Origin: Amphiscolops sp. MND2022
Taxonomy: Eukaryota
Length of the DNA stretch: 64,000 nt
Direction of reading: 5' to 3'
NCBI GenBank assembly: GCA_964187785.1
Contig: OZ076409.1
Location: 75,332,001 to 75,396,000, forward strand
In this document: piece by piece, positions 60,201 to 64,000 of the stretch
How the letters are laid out: each line of letters begins with the position of its first letter
Position numbering within the stretch: the stretch's first letter is position 1
The notes under the pieces: generated by a model
The model's database searches: none
Told to the model about the DNA's origin: nothing
The model's input: the letters and a program-made list of their open reading frames with translations, nothing else
Translations under genes and position numbers: made by a program

Positions 60201-63200
60201 AGCCATTGAGATACAACATGTTTTGCTCAAAACGTGTTTCATTGCAGTTTTGCTGTCCATTATCACCCTTTGGTGTCTTTTCACGTAATTTTCGTTTCTA
60301 TAATAACAATTTTTTTGTGTATTTATTCATTTTATTCTCATCAAATAACTTGAAACAGTTGAGTACATTCCATCTCCCTTCCCGGGGGAGATGAGAATGT
60401 ACTCGCTAAAGGTCAGGAACTACGGTCTATATCTTCCACAACACAAATGGGATTGCAAATGGTTTCTGTTTGTCGCAGAAAACTTCTTTTTGCCCTCTGT
60501 GACTCGACAAAATGAACGTTTCTTACTTACTTTGAAACTCAGCATACCACAACTCATCTCTAACGTCAGCGCCCCCCTACTTGCATCAACGCCCACCGTC
60601 CGTGGGCATGCCGAGGCATGCCCTTCGACGACGTATACCAAGATATACCTGGAGCGCGGTAGCCGCTAGGTGCCGGTGTTTTCTTCACTTTTAAGGATGT
60701 TGCGCGTGTGGGTAGGGCCCCTGGCGCGCTCCGTTGTCCCCCTGTTTATATCTTCGTAATTTTGAACAATTTTTTGGGATCTCGAAAACTGGCCACACGA
60801 TTTGGCTGAAATTTTGCATGCGGCTTCCTATAACACTTCTAAGAACTAATCCCTAGTGGCGTTTTGCCCGGAAAATTTTTTTTGTTGACTTATTCACATT
60901 TTTAGGGTCAAAAAAAGGCGTTTTTTTGAAAAATTTTTTTTTCAGAGACAATTACTCGAAACTGGTGCACCCAGCGCAGTAACGCCTAGCTGATTTATTG
61001 TTACGCATTTCATGAGGAGTCCGTATACAAATTTTTGTTCAAATCGGATAAAAATTGAGTGAGAAATAACTGAAAATTTGAGGAATTTTTTTGGAAATTT
61101 TCGAAAACCCAGTCTATCTCTGCCGTTTTTTGCCCAGATTTTTTTTGAGACACTCTCCTAAAGACCTCCCCTGGCCGGTTTTCCTCCCAGCAAAACCATT
61201 TGGCCCTAAATACGAAGTTTCAGCGTTCTAGCATTCCCGGGCGAAAAGTTGTGCGACTTAGAAAAAATTTTTGGAAACGCAAAATGTGTAAAGTCAAATT
61301 CAGGCCTCCCAAAGTCAAGGAACTTCCACACAACTAGGATTGCAAGTGGATGCATGTGGAAAGTACTCGAATAGACGAGAAAAATACGCTGTAGAACGTC
61401 TCTGTATCTTAACCTGACGTTGACTTATGATATTTTGAGTGTGAGCTTGCTGAGGGGTCTGAAAGTCAAAAATTGAAAATGGAAACTAAGTCTCATTGAA
61501 AACTCACCGGAATCCGTGCAATCGACCCCAGAGCGTGCTCAATTGTAGTTTTCTACTCTATCAACACCATTCAAGGTCTTTTGACTAATGTTGAAAAAAT
61601 TGATGCCGTATTTTTCATCCGAGAGCACGAAACAGTTGAGTACATTCCATCTCCCCTCCGTGGGAGATGAGAATGTACTCGCTAAAGTCCAGGTACTACA
61701 GCCCATATTTGTTTTAATGCGACGCTCTTTATGCTATTGCACATAACTACTAATTTATTGACTTAATATTGCCTTCACTTTGCTATGACATATGTTAAAC
61801 CTTTGGTCCTTACAACAACATACACATGACTAACGTCAACGCCACATACTGTTATCAACGCCCACCGTCCGTGGGCATGCCGAGGCATGCCCTTCGACGA
61901 CGTATGCCAAATACCCTTCACCAACGCGCACTCTTTCGCTAGGTGCCGGGATTTCTATTCGATAAAGTATGTGGCGCGCCTTGGGTAGGGTCCCTTGCGC
62001 GCTCTTGGGTATGGTGTTCACCAGCTAGGAAATAGGGGTCGATTTTTCGGGATCTCCTAAACTAGCCACACGATTTGGCTGAAATTTGGCACACGTACCC
62101 CCCTCGGCACGGTGAAGATGATTTCCCACTGACGTTTTTCCCGCAAAATTTTTTTTGTTGTCCAAAATAACGGTTTTTGGGGTAAAATTTTGAATTTTTT
62201 TTAAATTTTATCTTATATCTCGCCACCGGTTTACGCTAGCGCTTCAAAACCCTGCTAAAGAAAGCTTGCAAACTGTCTCAGGAATGCGGTGTGAAATTTT
62301 CAGCTCAATCGGACTTAAACTCGGGGAGATATAGCGTTTTTCCGGAGCGGGGGGGTTTCATTTTTCTAACGGTCCAGCTTATCTTTGCCATTTTTTCGAA
62401 AATGCACTCGCCTAAAGGCCTCCCCTGGCCGGTTTTATTCCCAGCAAAACCATTTGGCCCTAAATACGGAGTTTCAGTGTTCCAGCATTCCCGGGCGAAA
62501 AGTTGTGGGACTTAGAAAAATTCAAAAATTTTCAAAAATTTTTTTTTCGGTTTTCCGCCCTCCCCCCCGAGGGGAAAAGACCCCCCAACCAGTAATTTGA
62601 GTGAATTCATGTGGAAAGGCCATGTTTAGAGGAGAAAAATCCCGTTTAAATCGTCTTTTTATCTTTATTCAACGTTGACTTATGACGTTTTGAAGGTGAT
62701 GTTTGGAGGTGTGAAGCACGTGAAAAGTAAACGTTATGAGTATTTATCTGATCTGAAAGCCATTGAGATGCAATCTGTTTTGCTCAAAACGTAATTCATA
62801 TCAGTTTGGTAGTCAATCAACACCCTTTGTTGTCATTTGACATCTTTTTTTTGTTGATATAAGAAAAAATTTCGTGTATTTATTCATTTTTTTCTCATCA
62901 AATAACTTGAAACAGTTGAGTACATTCCATCCCCCCTTCACGGGGGAGATGAGAATGTACTCGCAAAAAGCCCCAAACTACGGCCCTTACCTTCCCGAGC
63001 TACGCAGTATAAAGATTGCATATTGGTTCCGACATTTTGATAGAGTTATATCTTGGTAATCTGTCTGGGTATGCAGAAAAACCAGCACGTGCTTTTTTTT
63101 ACCAAGTTGCTTACAACGACATTTATTTTATATCAACGCCCCCATCTTTATCAACGCCCCCCGTCCGTGGGCATGCCGAGGCATGCCCTTCGACGACGCG

Positions 63201-64000
63201 CACCAAAATATTCCCCGAGCGCGTTAGCCTAGGTGCCGGGATTTCTATTCGTTCGAGTATGTGGCGCGTGTGGGTAGGGCCCCTGGCGCGCTCTTTTATT
63301 TCGGGTACACCTACTCCAAATTCACGATGTGATTTCGACGATCTCGTAAACTAGCCACACGATTTGGCTGAAATTTGGCACACGTACCCCCCTCGGCACG
63401 GTGAAGATGATTCCCTACTGACGTTTTGCCCGCTAAACATTTTTTGTTGACCAAAATAACGGTTTTTGGGGTAAAATTTTCAACTTTTTTTAAATTTCAT
63501 CTTATATCTCGCCACGGGTTTACGCTAGCGCTTCAAAACCCTGCTAAAGAAAGCTTGCAAACTGTCTCAGGAATGCTGTGTGAAATTTTCAGCTCAATCG
63601 GACTTAAACTCGAGGAGATATAGCGTTTTTCCGGAGCGGGGGGGTTTCATTTTTCTAACGGTCCAGCTTATCTTTGCCATTTTTTCGAAAATGCACTCGC
63701 CTAAAGGCCTCCCCTGGCCGGTTTTATTCCCAGCAAAACCATTTGGCCCTAAATACGGAGTTTCAGCGTTCCAGCATTCCCGGGCGAAAAGTTGTGGGAC
63801 TTAGAAAATTTCAAAAATTTTCAAAAAAATTTTTTTCCGTTATTTGGGCCCCCAAAGTGGGGCAAAAGACCCCCCAACCAGTACAGCAAGTGAATGCATG
63901 TGGAAAGCCCTTGTTTAGACGAGAAAAATGCCGTTTAGAACGTTTTTTTATCGTAACTTGACATTGACTTTTGTCGTTTTGAAGGTGACCGTTAGATACG
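54239..64000 (+). mobile_element. Seven complete class A units plus one truncated by the window edge
   Basis: Lengths 1316, 1287, 1268, 1287, 1273, 1273 and 1290. The last unit begins at 63233. Confidence 0.65.

Larger units (their letters stand above)
1..64000 (+). repeat. Heterogeneous head-to-tail tandem array of 43 complete (+2 partial) non-coding units joined at CTAG^GTG
   Basis: CTAGGTG follows the conserved GGGCATGCCGAGGCATGCCC box at 1244, 2530, 3792, 5065, 6339, 7625, 8910, 10191, 11479, 12765, 14033, 15320, 16607, 18582, 20553, 21841, 23835, 25828, 27802, 29775, 31749, 33019, 34407, 35674, 36954, 39151, 41322, 42604, 43880, 45166, 46456, 47743, 49033, 50302, 51584, 52854, 54235, 55551, 56838, 58106, 59393, 60666, 61939 and 63229. 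The array runs off both window edges. Confidence 0.97.

Noticed and set aside
1..64000. Tandem rDNA/5S, tRNA, snRNA or spliced-leader gene array; kinetoplast minicircle concatemer
   Set aside because: I recognised no rRNA, tRNA or snRNA sequence, no spliced-leader donor plus Sm-site layout, and no GGGGTTGGTGTA block. A covariance-model search would be needed to exclude an unfamiliar RNA.

Overview
The whole window is one non-coding, head-to-tail array of 43 complete units plus two partial ones. All lie in the same orientation and are joined at an invariant 7-bp core, CTAGGTG (44 junctions, first at 1244, last at 63229). I see no credible protein-coding gene, RNA gene or transposase; the short ORFs are recurring by-products of the repeat. 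Units fall into four tight size classes: 32 of ~1.28 kb (1262-1316), 2 of ~1.39 kb, 7 of ~1.98 kb and 2 of ~2.18 kb. Their interiors differ greatly but share one architecture: a GTG start, a 5' hairpin, an interior rich in A/T tracts, a ~43-nt internal hairpin, a CAACGCC direct repeat, the GGGCATGCC-GA-GGCATGCCC hairpin, a variable 20-36 nt tail, and a CTAG end. Unit order is shuffled, and unit identity switches exactly at CTAG^GTG. Each unit's 3' tail is complementary to its own 5' end rather than to its neighbour's, and the hairpins show compensatory changes. My inference is that these are discrete non-autonomous mobile cassettes, probably with a circular or single-stranded intermediate, repeatedly inserted at one regenerating site. 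This resembles Helitron/Helentron-like rolling-circle elements or a recombinase-driven, integron-like cassette array, but fits no family I know exactly. The host looks eukaryotic (low confidence), and the mobilising enzyme is not in the window.
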